A DNA stretch of 64,000 nucleotides from Bacteroidales bacterium (GCA_018334675.1 JAGXLL010000006.1:43356-107355); one strand, 5' to 3'; shown: positions 28,849-38,870, numbered from the stretch's first letter. Notes: a model not told the origin generated them from the sequence alone. Program-made: numbers and translations.

Positions 28849-29046
28849 TTTAATGGGGTTATCAAAGCAAATATATAAATTTTTTTAATAACTCTTTGTC
28901 GCCTGTCCAGCCCCAGGTAAAAGCCGTTTCATTTATTGTTGAATTTCTTGATCTTTTACAGTATATTCAACAAATCCCTGCTGTGTGATGTTTGAATGCC
29001 TTGGAAAATATACTATAAACTACGTCTAGCCTTAAACCCACATGCT

Positions 29047-29970
29047 ATGAAAAAAACTGTTATTGCTTTATTGCTCATCCTAGCCGTACAGGCCTCCGGT
29101 GTCTCAGGACAATCCTTCGAAGGCAGACTAAAAGATGATGCCCGCTCAGGTGTGGCGGATAAGCCAGCATACCGGATATTTACCTCCGGGGGGAAGATGG
29201 TGGATTATCAACAAATGCAGGCGACCCTGAATCAAAAGGATATAGTTTTTTTCGGAGAGCTGCACAACAATCCCATCGCCCATTGGCTTCAGCTCGAATT
29301 AACCGTCGACCTGCACCGCAAACAAGGAGATAATATGGTGCTCGGTGCCGAGATGTTTGAAGCAGATGATCAGCTGATCCTCAATGAATACCTGAATGGC
29401 ACGATCCGTGAAAAGAACTTCAAAGAAGAGGCCGGGTTATGGAGCAACTATAAAACCGATTACCGGCCGTTGGTGGAGTACGCCCGTGAAAACGCATTGC
29501 CCTTTATTGCAACCAATATACCCCGCAGGTATGCTTCGTTAGTGGCGCAAAGTGGCTTTGAAGGCCTGGAGGATCTTACCGAATTGGCCAGGGAATATAT
29601 TGCTCCCTTACCCATTCCATATGATCCCGATCTTCCCGGATATAAGAATATGTTGAAGATGAAACATATGCCGGGGATGGAGCGACAGGCCGGGAACTTA
29701 CCCAAGGCTCAGGCCATCAAGGATGCTACCATGGCCCACTTCATTCTGGAAAACTGGGAAGAAGACGGGTTGTTTTTGCACTACAACGGTACCTATCATT
29801 CCAACAACAAAGAGGGCATTGTTTGGTATATCCGTCAGTATGCCGAAGGATTGCAGGTTGGCACAATCGCCACTGTCCGGCAGGATCAGCTGGATAAACT
29901 CTCAGACAGGAATCAGGGTGTGGCCGATTTTATCCTGGTGGTGACGGGGAATATGACGAAGACGCACTGA
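29047..29970 (+). CDS. ChaN/Tiki-superfamily (haem-binding uptake-like) secreted protein
   Basis: Start MKKTVIALLLILAV (signal peptide) at ATG 29047. IVFFGELHNNPIAHWLQLEL is typical of the ChaN/DUF399 fold. Confidence 0.62.
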   Translation: MKKTVIALLLILAVQASGVSGQSFEGRLKDDARSGVADKPAYRIFTSGGKMVDYQQMQATLNQKDIVFFGELHNNPIAHWLQLELTVDLHRKQGDNMVLGAEMFEADDQLILNEYLNGTIREKNFKEEAGLWSNYKTDYRPLVEYARENALPFIATNIPRRYASLVAQSGFEGLEDLTELAREYIAPLPIPYDPDLPGYKNMLKMKHMPGMERQAGNLPKAQAIKDATMAHFILENWEEDGLFLHYNGTYHSNNKEGIVWYIRQYAEGLQVGTIATVRQDQLDKLSDRNQGVADFILVVTGNMTKTH

Positions 29971-29984
29971 AGAGATGATTGAAT

Positions 29985-30188
29985 GAGGCTGAGGCGAAGG
30001 CTAAGGCTAAGAAGGAGGGAAGATTTTTAACTCATGAATTGTTCAATTGACCTTTTAACCTGAAACCTTCCAACATTCTAACTTTCCAACCTTCCGACAA
30101 TTTAACAAATTCAACAATTCAGAAAAAATTTAACAATTTTCCTTCTTCTCTTCTATTCAAGTATTTACGCATTCACGCATTCACGCAT
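29985..30188. repeat. Mosaic low-complexity repeat block (RAGGCK x4, AACNTTCY x4, AACAAWTC words, ACGCATTC x2.6)
   Basis: Read directly: 29985-30011 GAGGCTGAGGCGAAGGCTAAGGCTAAG; 30058-30120 AACCTGAA ACCTTCC AACATTCT AACTTTCC AACCTTCCG ACAATTT AACAAATTC AACAATTC; 30167-30188 ACGCATTCACGCATTCACGCAT. Confidence 0.65.
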
Positions 30189-30199
30189 TTTCCTTCGCC

Positions 30200-32833
30200 T
30201 TAGCCTTTAATCTTCTCCAACACCATCTTCCTTCCCTTCTCCAGGGCGGCTCCCAGCCCATCGGTATTCTTTCCGCCCGCAGTGGCGAAGAAGGGTTGAC
30301 CTCCGCCGCCGCCTTTGATCTCCGTGGCGGCTTCGCGGATGATCTCGTTGGCATCCAAATTCTTATCCTTGACCAGGTTTTCCGAGATCATCAGTGATAG
30401 ATTCGCCTTACCTTTGATATTAGCGCCCAGCAGCAGCACCAGGTTATCCACCTCGTTTTTCATTTGGAAGGCCATGTCCTTCATGGCTCCTGCCGAATCG
30501 ATGTCGATGATCGAGGCGATGTAGTTGATCCCGTCGATGGGTTCGCTGTGGTTGAGCAGATCCTGCTTCAGGTTGTTGACCTTGTCCTGGAGCAGCTTTT
30601 CAATTTGTTTGTTCAGTTTTGTATTGTCCTGTATGAGTTTATCTATACTATCAGGCAAATTGGAAGGATTGTTCATCAGGCTGCGCACTTGTTCCAGAGC
30701 CCGGAGGTTTTTCCTTACGTATTCCTCTGCCTTGTCGGCCGTAACAGCCTCTATCCTTCGAATGCCTGCCGATACGGCTGACTCGGATGTGATTTTGAAC
30801 AACCCGATCTGGCCGGTGGCCTCGACGTGTGTTCCGCCACAGAGTTCCGTTATGTCTCCAAATTGTATCACCCGCACCCGATCGCCATATTTTTCACCGA
30901 AAAGCGCCGTGGCCCCCATCTTTTTGGCTTCCTCGAAGGGAACATTTCTTTTCTCCTGGCGGGGGAAGTTTCTTCGAATGTAGTAATTGACGATCTTCTC
31001 AACCTTCTCCAATTCCGCTCTGGTGATCTTCTGAAAGTGCGAAAAGTCAAACCTCAGATAATCCGGATGGACCAGTGAGCCTTTCTGTTCAACGTGACTG
31101 CCCAGTACCTCTTTCAGGGCATGGTGCAGCAGGTGTGTACCTGTGTGGTTGTTCGCTGTTTTTCTTCTTTCTTCACTGCTGACTACAGCCCGGAAAGTTA
31201 CTGATGGATCGGAAGGCAGCGATTTGGAGTAGTGTACGGTTTGATTGTGCTCTTTTCTGGTATCGAGGATGGGGGTTTTTTCTCCCTGATATTCAATGTA
31301 ACCGGTGTCGCCTACCTGTCCGCCCGACTCGGCGTAGAAGGGTGTATGGTTGAATATCAGTTGATACATTTCTTTACCCTTTGATTTGATTTTTCTGTAT
31401 TTGGTGATCTGAACCTCCGTGTCGAGGGTATCGTAACCGATGAACGGTTCCTGCTCCTGGTCGGCCAGGGTATACCAGTCGCCGGCTTCTATTTTAGTAG
31501 CCTGACGTGAACGGTTTTTTTGGGCTTGCAGTTGCTGATCGAAGCCTTCTTTGTCAACCTCCAGATCCCGTTCTTTCAGAATAAGCTCGGTCAGGTCCAG
31601 GGGAAATCCATAGGTGTCGTAGAGCTCGAAAGCTGTTTTGCCATCCACTTGTTTCTCTCCGGCAGCCAGTGTTTTAGCGATTACCCCATCCAGCAGCTTG
31701 ATGCCGGTATCCAATGTTTTCAGGAAGGCCTGCTCTTCTTCCCGGATTACTTTTTCGATCAGCTCCCGCTGGGATTTCAACTCGGGGTAAGCTTCCCCCA
31801 TCACCTCGATTAGCGTGGGAAGAAGCCGGTAGATGAATGGCTCTTTAAAGTTCAGGTAAGTGTAGCCGTAACGTACGGCCCGCCGGAGGATACGACGGAT
31901 AACATATCCGGCCTTGTTGTTGGAAGGCAATTGGCCGTCGGCAATGGAAAAGCTGATGGCACGCAGGTGATCGGCCACTACCCGCATGGCTACATCCCTC
32001 ATGGGTTCTTCCCCGTATTTTTTTCCTGCCAGAGCCGATAACTCCTGTATGATGGGCTGGAAGATATCCGTTTCATAGTTGGATGCCTGGTCCTGCATCA
32101 CCAGACAGAGCCTTTCAAATCCCATTCCTGTATCCACATGTTTCTCGGGAAGCGATTCCAGCTGACCGTTGGCCTTGCTGTTGAACTGGATGAATACCAG
32201 GTTCCATAACTCGATGACCATGGGGTGATCCTGGTTGACCAGCTCCCGGCCCGGTAACTTTTTGCGTTCCTGCTCATTCCTCAGGTCGATGTGTATCTCC
32301 GAACAGGGACCACAGGGTCCTGTATCCCCCATTTCCCAGAAGTTATCCTTACGCGAACCATAAAGGATCCTTTCTTCAGGGAGATGGTTCTTCCAATGCG
32401 AGCGGGACGCTTCGTCGGCATCCAGTCCGTTGTTCGCGTCGCCCTCAAAAACAGTGGCGTAAAGGCGGTGATGAGATATGCCCAGAACGTCTACCAGGAA
32501 TTCATAGGCCCAGGCGATGGCTTCTTCTTTGAAGTAGTCTCCAAATGACCAGTTGCCCAACATTTCAAACATGGTATGGTGATAAGTGTCGTGGCCAACT
32601 TCCTCCAGATCATTATGCTTTCCTGATACCCGCATGCATTTCTGAGAATCAACCACTCTCTTGTTTTTCGGATTCTCGTTGCCCAGGAATATATCTTTGA
32701 ATTGATTCATACCTGCATTGATGAACATAAGGGTGGGATCATCCTTTACCACCATAGGAGCGGATGAAACAATCTGATGATTTTTCTCGTAGAAGAAATT
32801 CAAGAACGCCTCTCTGATTTCTTTTGACTTCAT
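30200..32833 (-). CDS. alaS: Alanine--tRNA ligase
   Basis: 877 aa with FINAGMNQFKD, CIRVSGKHNDLEEVG-type motifs, the editing-domain HTGTHLLHHAL...CGGTHV and a DHHA1 C-terminus. Confidence 0.95.
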   Translation of the reverse strand: MKSKEIREAFLNFFYEKNHQIVSSAPMVVKDDPTLMFINAGMNQFKDIFLGNENPKNKRVVDSQKCMRVSGKHNDLEEVGHDTYHHTMFEMLGNWSFGDYFKEEAIAWAYEFLVDVLGISHHRLYATVFEGDANNGLDADEASRSHWKNHLPEERILYGSRKDNFWEMGDTGPCGPCSEIHIDLRNEQERKKLPGRELVNQDHPMVIELWNLVFIQFNSKANGQLESLPEKHVDTGMGFERLCLVMQDQASNYETDIFQPIIQELSALAGKKYGEEPMRDVAMRVVADHLRAISFSIADGQLPSNNKAGYVIRRILRRAVRYGYTYLNFKEPFIYRLLPTLIEVMGEAYPELKSQRELIEKVIREEEQAFLKTLDTGIKLLDGVIAKTLAAGEKQVDGKTAFELYDTYGFPLDLTELILKERDLEVDKEGFDQQLQAQKNRSRQATKIEAGDWYTLADQEQEPFIGYDTLDTEVQITKYRKIKSKGKEMYQLIFNHTPFYAESGGQVGDTGYIEYQGEKTPILDTRKEHNQTVHYSKSLPSDPSVTFRAVVSSEERRKTANNHTGTHLLHHALKEVLGSHVEQKGSLVHPDYLRFDFSHFQKITRAELEKVEKIVNYYIRRNFPRQEKRNVPFEEAKKMGATALFGEKYGDRVRVIQFGDITELCGGTHVEATGQIGLFKITSESAVSAGIRRIEAVTADKAEEYVRKNLRALEQVRSLMNNPSNLPDSIDKLIQDNTKLNKQIEKLLQDKVNNLKQDLLNHSEPIDGINYIASIIDIDSAGAMKDMAFQMKNEVDNLVLLLGANIKGKANLSLMISENLVKDKNLDANEIIREAATEIKGGGGGQPFFATAGGKNTDGLGAALEKGRKMVLEKIKG

Positions 32834-32974
32834 AAATCACTATTTTAAAAAATTTTATGGTGTCTTAATTGATATATTTTGTAAAGCTATTTTTGCGAAA
32901 ATATTTTGTAAAATTAAATAAATCGTTTAGATTTGCTACACAAGCACAATTATCTGTTGTAAATTACCCGAGAT

Positions 32975-33946
32975 ATGGCAAAAATAAAATATCGTTTCGA
33001 CCCCCACACACTTACATATAAAAAAATTAACCGCACCTCCCGAAAGAACATGCTCCAGGCGCTTGTTTTCTTTTCTATATCTATACTGATGGCTGTAGCC
33101 TTTCATCTATTTTTTACTTCCCATCTTGCCACTCCCAAAGAACAGCGTCTTCAAGAGAAAAATGAATCTTTGCAGTTCAAATATAAAATGCTCGAAAGAA
33201 AGATCAGCCACGTCAATGAAACACTGAATAAGATCGAGCAGAGGGATGACAATCTGTACCGACCCATCTTTGAACTCGAACAGATTCCCAATCAGTTCCG
33301 GGAAGCAGGAGTGGGTGGTGTCAACCGCTATGATGAGTTGAAGAAATATTCGCAGTCGGAAAACATCATTTCGGTGGCCAAGAAGTTGGATAAGGTTAAG
33401 AAAAAGCTTTATGTGCAATCGAAGTCGTTCGATGCCATCAAGAAGGAAGCCAGGGACAAAGAGTCCATGATCGCACATATCCCAGCCATACAGCCCATTG
33501 CCATTAAGGATTTTAGAAGGATCAGCGATTATTTTGGCAGGAGGCGGGACCCTTTTACCGGTAAGATCCGCATGCATCGGGGAATGGATTTTACAGGTCC
33601 TGTAGGCACTGATATTTATGCTACGGGTGATGGTGTGGTAGTCAAGGCTGACTATTCTGCCTATGGATATGGCAAGGAGGTGGTGATCGATCATGGCTAT
33701 GGCTATAAGACCATTTACGCTCATCTGCATGAAATTACAGTGGAACCGGGCGAGCAGGTGAGCCGGGGTGAAGTGATCGGCACCCTGGGAAATACCGGCC
33801 GTTCAACCGGCCCCCATTTGCATTATGAAGTGCGTAAAGGCCGGCGGGCCGTGGATCCCTTCAACTACTATTTCAACGATATTACTGCAGAACAGTATGA
33901 AAAGATGATTGCCGAGTCGGCAAAAAGCAGAAAACCCATGGACTAG
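32975..33946 (+). CDS. M23 family metallopeptidase (membrane-anchored, coiled-coil linker)
   Basis: 323 aa with HRGMDF, a GDG loop, VVIDHGYGYKTIYAHL and GNTGRSTGPHLHYEV. Confidence 0.85.
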   Translation: MAKIKYRFDPHTLTYKKINRTSRKNMLQALVFFSISILMAVAFHLFFTSHLATPKEQRLQEKNESLQFKYKMLERKISHVNETLNKIEQRDDNLYRPIFELEQIPNQFREAGVGGVNRYDELKKYSQSENIISVAKKLDKVKKKLYVQSKSFDAIKKEARDKESMIAHIPAIQPIAIKDFRRISDYFGRRRDPFTGKIRMHRGMDFTGPVGTDIYATGDGVVVKADYSAYGYGKEVVIDHGYGYKTIYAHLHEITVEPGEQVSRGEVIGTLGNTGRSTGPHLHYEVRKGRRAVDPFNYYFNDITAEQYEKMIAESAKSRKPMD

Positions 33947-33949
33947 CCT

Positions 33950-34921
33950 ATGGCAATGTACAAATACAAATACAATCCACGTACGGTAAAGTATGAAAAG
34001 GTGAAGCTTACCTGGAAGGATAAGCTTCTCCGTTTTTTAACTTATTTTGCCGCCACGCTGGTACTGGGTCTTTTGTATAACCTGGTTTTCACCGCTTTCT
34101 TTGATACCCCCAAGGAAAAAGAGTTAATACGGGAGAACAATCAGCTGGAGCTCCAGTATGAGATATTGAACAAGAAGTTTGATTTGGTGGATAAGACCCT
34201 CAACGACCTGCAAAGGCGGGATAACAATATTTACCGGGTGATCTTTGAAACGGAGCCGATCCCTTCTTCCGTCAGGAAAGCGGGTTTTGGTGGCTCTGAA
34301 AGATACGATGAGCTCAGTGGGCTGGAGGATTCCGAGTTGGTGATCAAAACCGCCAGCCGACTCGACAATCTTTCCAAGCAACTCTACATCCAGTCCAAAT
34401 CCTATGATGAGATCATCAACAAGGCGGAGAGCAAAGAAGAGATGCTTGCCTCTATTCCGGCTATACAGCCGGTCTCCAACAAGGATTTGACGCGCACTGC
34501 CTCCGGCTACGGATGGCGGATCCATCCCATATACAAGATCAAGAAATTGCACGAAGGCATGGATTTTACGGCACCCACCGGCACAGAAGTCTATGCTACG
34601 GGAGATGGTGTGGTGGAAACCGTTAAGAGCTCCTATCGGGGTTACGGCAAAAGGGTTGTGATCGACCATGGTTTCGGATACAAAACCCGGTATGCACATT
34701 TGAACAGCTTCAACGTAAGACGTGGCCAGGAGGTTAAACGGGGAGATGTGATCGGCTATGTTGGCAATTCGGGCCTTTCCACTGCACCCCACCTTCATTA
34801 TGAAGTGGAAAATGGCAACGAAAAAGTGAATCCCATTCATTACTATTTCAATGACCTTTCGCCCGAGCAATATGAGAAGATGATATTTATTTCTAGCAAC
34901 AGCGGACAATCCTTCGATTAA
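33950..34921 (+). CDS. M23 family metallopeptidase, tandem paralog of the preceding gene
   Basis: 323 aa, colinear with 32975-33946 (HEGMDF, VVIDHGFGYKTRYAHL, GNSGLSTAPHLHYEV). The gap between the two genes is 3 nt. Confidence 0.85.
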   Translation: MAMYKYKYNPRTVKYEKVKLTWKDKLLRFLTYFAATLVLGLLYNLVFTAFFDTPKEKELIRENNQLELQYEILNKKFDLVDKTLNDLQRRDNNIYRVIFETEPIPSSVRKAGFGGSERYDELSGLEDSELVIKTASRLDNLSKQLYIQSKSYDEIINKAESKEEMLASIPAIQPVSNKDLTRTASGYGWRIHPIYKIKKLHEGMDFTAPTGTEVYATGDGVVETVKSSYRGYGKRVVIDHGFGYKTRYAHLNSFNVRRGQEVKRGDVIGYVGNSGLSTAPHLHYEVENGNEKVNPIHYYFNDLSPEQYEKMIFISSNSGQSFD

Positions 34922-34925
34922 AAAT

Positions 34926-36446
34926 ATGGATCATTCTGGTAAGGCTTCACTGCGAATCATATTGCTGTTAGCCCCTGTGATATGGGGGTTTTTTATGTCT
35001 GCCACTCCCGGTGAGCCTTCCGGTTCATTCCCGGAGCATGGAGTGGGCGAGGATACGGTTGATTATGATAGCCTTACGGTAGAGCTCCTGATTCCTACCT
35101 TTTTGGGAAATAAACAACGCAACTACTATGGCCAGCAGCCTCCCGCATCCCTGGAAGTGAAGTGGCGCAAATATCTTGGCAAAGGGAAGACCGTTATTTC
35201 CCGTAAGATAGGTGAAAAAGAGTGGGAGGGAGCCGGATGGACCGGTCAGCCCTTATTGGTAGAAGAGGATAGTACCCTGTATCTCATCCAGGGGGCTTAC
35301 GACCATCACCTCAGGAAAATAAGGGCCTCCGATGGCAAGACCATCTGGAAATATGCCTTCGATGATGTGATCAAGGGCACCGGAACACTGTGGTATAAGC
35401 CTGATTACCCGGAACCGGAAAACAGGCTGGTCATCCTGCAGGGCAGCCGTCTGGGAGTCGGTAATTACGTCGACAGCGATTATATCCCCAGCTATCGCGC
35501 CATCTCATACTTCACCGGAGAAGAGCTGTGGAGGCTGAATGTGAAGTGGACCCACAGCTATAGCCGCGATGTGGATGGCTCTGCACTTATGCTCAGAGAT
35601 ACCGCATACCTGGGCCTTGAAAATTCGCTGTTCACGGTTTTCAATCCCGACTATAAAGCCGCGAGCCGCAGGCAGGGCATGCTGCAACCCGAGATATACC
35701 AGGAACACCGGCTGTATGAGATGTCGGATGTGAAGGACCACGATTACAATGTGGTTACCGAATCATCCCCTTCCCTGTTAGACAAGAAGATATATGTTGC
35801 CTCCGGATCGGGCCATGTTTATGGCTATAATCTGAAGGAAGACCGCCTCGACTGGGATTTTTTCATCGGCTCCGACATGGACGGCTCTGCCGTGGTTACC
35901 GCCGACAGCAATTTGATGGTATCCGTCGAAAAACAATATATCGACGGCCGCGGGGGCATCTTTAAGCTCGACCCCTCACGCTCACCCGACGAAGCCGTGG
36001 TTTGGTATTATCCGGTGCCGGATGCAGAATTGCTTTCCTGGAAAGGGGGCGTCATCGGATCGGTGGGCATCAACGACAGTTATGCCCAAGCCGGTGATGA
36101 CAAACTGGCTGCATTCCTGGGTATTGACGGTTACCTCTACGTGGTGAACCATCAGCAGCAAGTGCCCGGGAAAACGGTTTTCGGCCCCGACAGCCTTAGC
36201 CGGTATCCTATCCCCAGGCTGGTCTATAAGAGTAAAGTAGGACCTTCTATCTCTACACCGGTGTTTTTTGAAGACAAACTCCTGGTGGCCGGTTATTCAG
36301 GATTGTTTCTGTTTGAATACGATCAGGATAATCAATTTACCCTGAAGGACAAGTTCTCAGCTCCGTTCGAGGCAACACCGGTCGCATACAATGGCTGCAT
36401 ATATGTGGCCTCCAGGAACGGTTATTTATACTGTTTTTCACAATAA
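34926..36446 (+). CDS. PQQ-like (BamB-like) beta-propeller repeat protein, N-terminally anchored
   Basis: 506 aa with repeated G.V.G...DG..YA-type blades (ASGSGHVYGYN, GIDGYLYVVN, ASRNGYLYCF). It lies 4 nt after the second M23 gene. Confidence 0.62.
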   Translation: MDHSGKASLRIILLLAPVIWGFFMSATPGEPSGSFPEHGVGEDTVDYDSLTVELLIPTFLGNKQRNYYGQQPPASLEVKWRKYLGKGKTVISRKIGEKEWEGAGWTGQPLLVEEDSTLYLIQGAYDHHLRKIRASDGKTIWKYAFDDVIKGTGTLWYKPDYPEPENRLVILQGSRLGVGNYVDSDYIPSYRAISYFTGEELWRLNVKWTHSYSRDVDGSALMLRDTAYLGLENSLFTVFNPDYKAASRRQGMLQPEIYQEHRLYEMSDVKDHDYNVVTESSPSLLDKKIYVASGSGHVYGYNLKEDRLDWDFFIGSDMDGSAVVTADSNLMVSVEKQYIDGRGGIFKLDPSRSPDEAVVWYYPVPDAELLSWKGGVIGSVGINDSYAQAGDDKLAAFLGIDGYLYVVNHQQQVPGKTVFGPDSLSRYPIPRLVYKSKVGPSISTPVFFEDKLLVAGYSGLFLFEYDQDNQFTLKDKFSAPFEATPVAYNGCIYVASRNGYLYCFSQ

Positions 36447-36490
36447 ACCTCAGGTAAAGTCAAAGTGGATCATCCCAAATTCTCGCTATT

Positions 36491-36835
36491 ATGCCCTATA
36501 AAGAAAAAAAGATAGAAAAACTGTATTACAGCATTGGAGAGGTAGCCGAGATGTTCGGCGTTAATACTTCCCTGATCCGTTATTGGGAAAAAGAGTTTGA
36601 TATCATCAAGCCTAAGAAGAACAAAAAGGGCAACCGCTATTTTACCAAGGAGGATATTGAGAATTTTCATATCATCTATTACCTGGTCAAAGACCTGGGC
36701 ATGACCCTGAAAGGAGCCCAGAAAAAACTTAAGGAAAACCGGGAGGGAACCATCTACACTTTTAAGATCGTGGAATCCCTGAAAGACATCCGCTCCATGC
36801 TGCTGGAGATCCGGGAAGACCTGGACAAATCCTGA
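36491..36835 (+). CDS. MerR family transcriptional regulator
   Basis: 114 aa. The HTH reads YSIGEVAEMFGVNTSLIRYWEKEF...KGNRYFTKEDI. Confidence 0.8.
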   Translation: MPYKEKKIEKLYYSIGEVAEMFGVNTSLIRYWEKEFDIIKPKKNKKGNRYFTKEDIENFHIIYYLVKDLGMTLKGAQKKLKENREGTIYTFKIVESLKDIRSMLLEIREDLDKS

Positions 36836-36883
36836 TCCGTGCTCCGGAAACTTTCTCCCCGACTACATTGTATTACAAAAAAA

Positions 36884-37984
36884 ATGGTTATGTATATTCA
36901 AGAATTGGTGGACTTCTTAAATACCAATATACCCCTTGACATTCAGGAAGAATACGACAATTCCGGCTTGCTGGTGGGCGATACCCGCCAGCAACTCAAA
37001 GGTGTCCTTATATCTGTGGATGCCACCGAGGAAGTGATCGATGAGGCCATCGGCAAAGAGGCCAATTTTGTTCTGACACATCATCCGGTCATCTTCTCCG
37101 GTTTGAAAAACATCACAGGCAAAAATTATGTGGAACGCACGGTTATCAAGGCCATACGCAACAACATAGCCATCTATGCGGCTCATACCAGCCTCGATAA
37201 CCTGAAGGACGGCATCAACTTTAAGATGGCTGATAAACTGGGTCTGAAAAATCAGACCATTTTGAAGCCCGCAAAAAATCAGCTTCTGAAGCTGGTGTTT
37301 TTTGTCCCCCGCGATCATGCCGATGCTGTGCGTAAGGCGGTTTTTGATACCGGAGCTGGCATCGTGGGCGATTATGAAGGATGCAGCTATAACCTCGATG
37401 GCAAGGGCTCATTCCGACCCGGCGAAGGCACCGATCCCTATGTCGGACAAATAGGTCAGATGCACTTTGAGGAGGAAACACGGGTGGAGACCTGGCTGCC
37501 CCGGCATAAAACCGGTCAGGTACTGAAGGCCATGAACCAGGCCCATCCCTACGAAGAAGTGGCCTATGACCTGTATCCGCTCCTGAATAGCGACAAGGAA
37601 ACCGGTGCGGGGGTGATTGGTGAACTGGACGAAGAGGTACCGGAAAAAGAGTTTTTGGATCAATTGAAACAAACATTCAACGTTCCCATCATCAGACATA
37701 CTAAACTGCTGTATTCATTCGTTAAACGCATTGCTTTATGCGGTGGCAGCGGAAGCTTTCTGCTGGAAGATGCCATTGCACAAGAAGCCGATGCTTTTGT
37801 CTCCGCCGATTTTAAATATCACAGATTTTTTGATGCCGAAGACAAGATCCTGATTGCTGACATGGGTCACTATGAAAGTGAAGCGGTGGCAAAAGATTTT
37901 TTTTATGAATTACTTAGAGAAAAATTTCATAATTTTGCGGTCCATTTATCTGAAATCAATACAAATCCCATAAATTATTTTTAA
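36884..37984 (+). CDS. Nif3-like dinuclear metal centre protein (GTP cyclohydrolase I type 2 family)
   Basis: The ORF opens at 36839, but ATG 36884 or 36890 (MYIQELVDFLN) fits the family N-terminus better. Motifs include YDNSGLLVGD, THHPVIF, AAHTSLD and FVSADFKYH. Confidence 0.83.
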   Translation: MVMYIQELVDFLNTNIPLDIQEEYDNSGLLVGDTRQQLKGVLISVDATEEVIDEAIGKEANFVLTHHPVIFSGLKNITGKNYVERTVIKAIRNNIAIYAAHTSLDNLKDGINFKMADKLGLKNQTILKPAKNQLLKLVFFVPRDHADAVRKAVFDTGAGIVGDYEGCSYNLDGKGSFRPGEGTDPYVGQIGQMHFEEETRVETWLPRHKTGQVLKAMNQAHPYEEVAYDLYPLLNSDKETGAGVIGELDEEVPEKEFLDQLKQTFNVPIIRHTKLLYSFVKRIALCGGSGSFLLEDAIAQEADAFVSADFKYHRFFDAEDKILIADMGHYESEAVAKDFFYELLREKFHNFAVHLSEINTNPINYF

Positions 37985-37985
37985 T

Positions 37986-38795
37986 ATGGCAGCCACAAAA
38001 AGTCAAAGATCTGAGACAACAGAATATAGCGTTGAAGATAAACTAAAGGCCCTTTACGAACTTCAAACCGTCGATTCCGCCATTGATAACATCAAAAGGC
38101 TGCGGGGAGAGCTTCCGCTGGAAGTCCAGGACCTGGAAGATGAGATTGCCGGTCTGGAAACCCGGTTGCAGAACTATGAGAAAGAGGTGAAGGAACTGGA
38201 GGATACCATCAGCAAGAAAGAGAATGAGATCAAGGAATCGGAAATGCTGATCGAGAAATATAAGAAACAGCAGAATAACGTCAGGAACAACCGGGAATAT
38301 GAGGCTCTTTCCAAGGAGATCGAATTTCAGACCCTGGAGATTGAACTCAGACAGAAACATATAAAAGAACACAAAGATAAGATCGAGAAGCTCAACAAGA
38401 ACGTCGAAGAATCCAAAAAGGAGCTGGATGAGCGAAAAGAAGATCTGAAGAATAAGAAAGAAGAGTTGGATTCAATCATAGACGAGACCAAAAAGGATGA
38501 AGAGAATCTGAATAACCGTTCTGAGGAGATCCGGCAGATCGTTGAACCCAGGCTACTGAACGCCTATAAAAGGATCCGCGACAATGCCCGAAACGGACTG
38601 GCTGTGGTGACCGTGGAGCGTGATGCCTGCGGCGGTTGCTTCAACAAGATCCCACCCCAGCGTCAGCTGGATATCCGCTCGCGCAAGAAGATTATCGTTT
38701 GTGAATATTGCGGCAGGATACTGGTAGACCCTGAAATGGCCGGGGAGATCTCTGAAAAAACCAAGAATACACAGCAGGGAACACAACTTTCTTAA
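37986..38795 (+). CDS. Coiled-coil C4 zinc-ribbon protein (DUF164 type), usual Nif3 partner
   Basis: 269 aa with a long heptad-rich body. The C-terminal pairs CGGC...CEYC form a zinc ribbon. Confidence 0.75.
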   Translation: MAATKSQRSETTEYSVEDKLKALYELQTVDSAIDNIKRLRGELPLEVQDLEDEIAGLETRLQNYEKEVKELEDTISKKENEIKESEMLIEKYKKQQNNVRNNREYEALSKEIEFQTLEIELRQKHIKEHKDKIEKLNKNVEESKKELDERKEDLKNKKEELDSIIDETKKDEENLNNRSEEIRQIVEPRLLNAYKRIRDNARNGLAVVTVERDACGGCFNKIPPQRQLDIRSRKKIIVCEYCGRILVDPEMAGEISEKTKNTQQGTQLS

Positions 38796-38821
38796 AACAA
38801 GATTGATGAAGACACAAAAAA

Positions 38822-38858
38822 AGAGGCGGCCTCATGCAGACCGCCTCTTTTTTCTTTT
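38822..38858 (+). terminator. Intrinsic terminator
   Basis: AGAGGCGG-cctcatgcaga-CCGCCTCT is followed by TTTTTTCTTTT. Confidence 0.7.
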
Positions 38859-38870
38859 GGGTCGTGGGAT

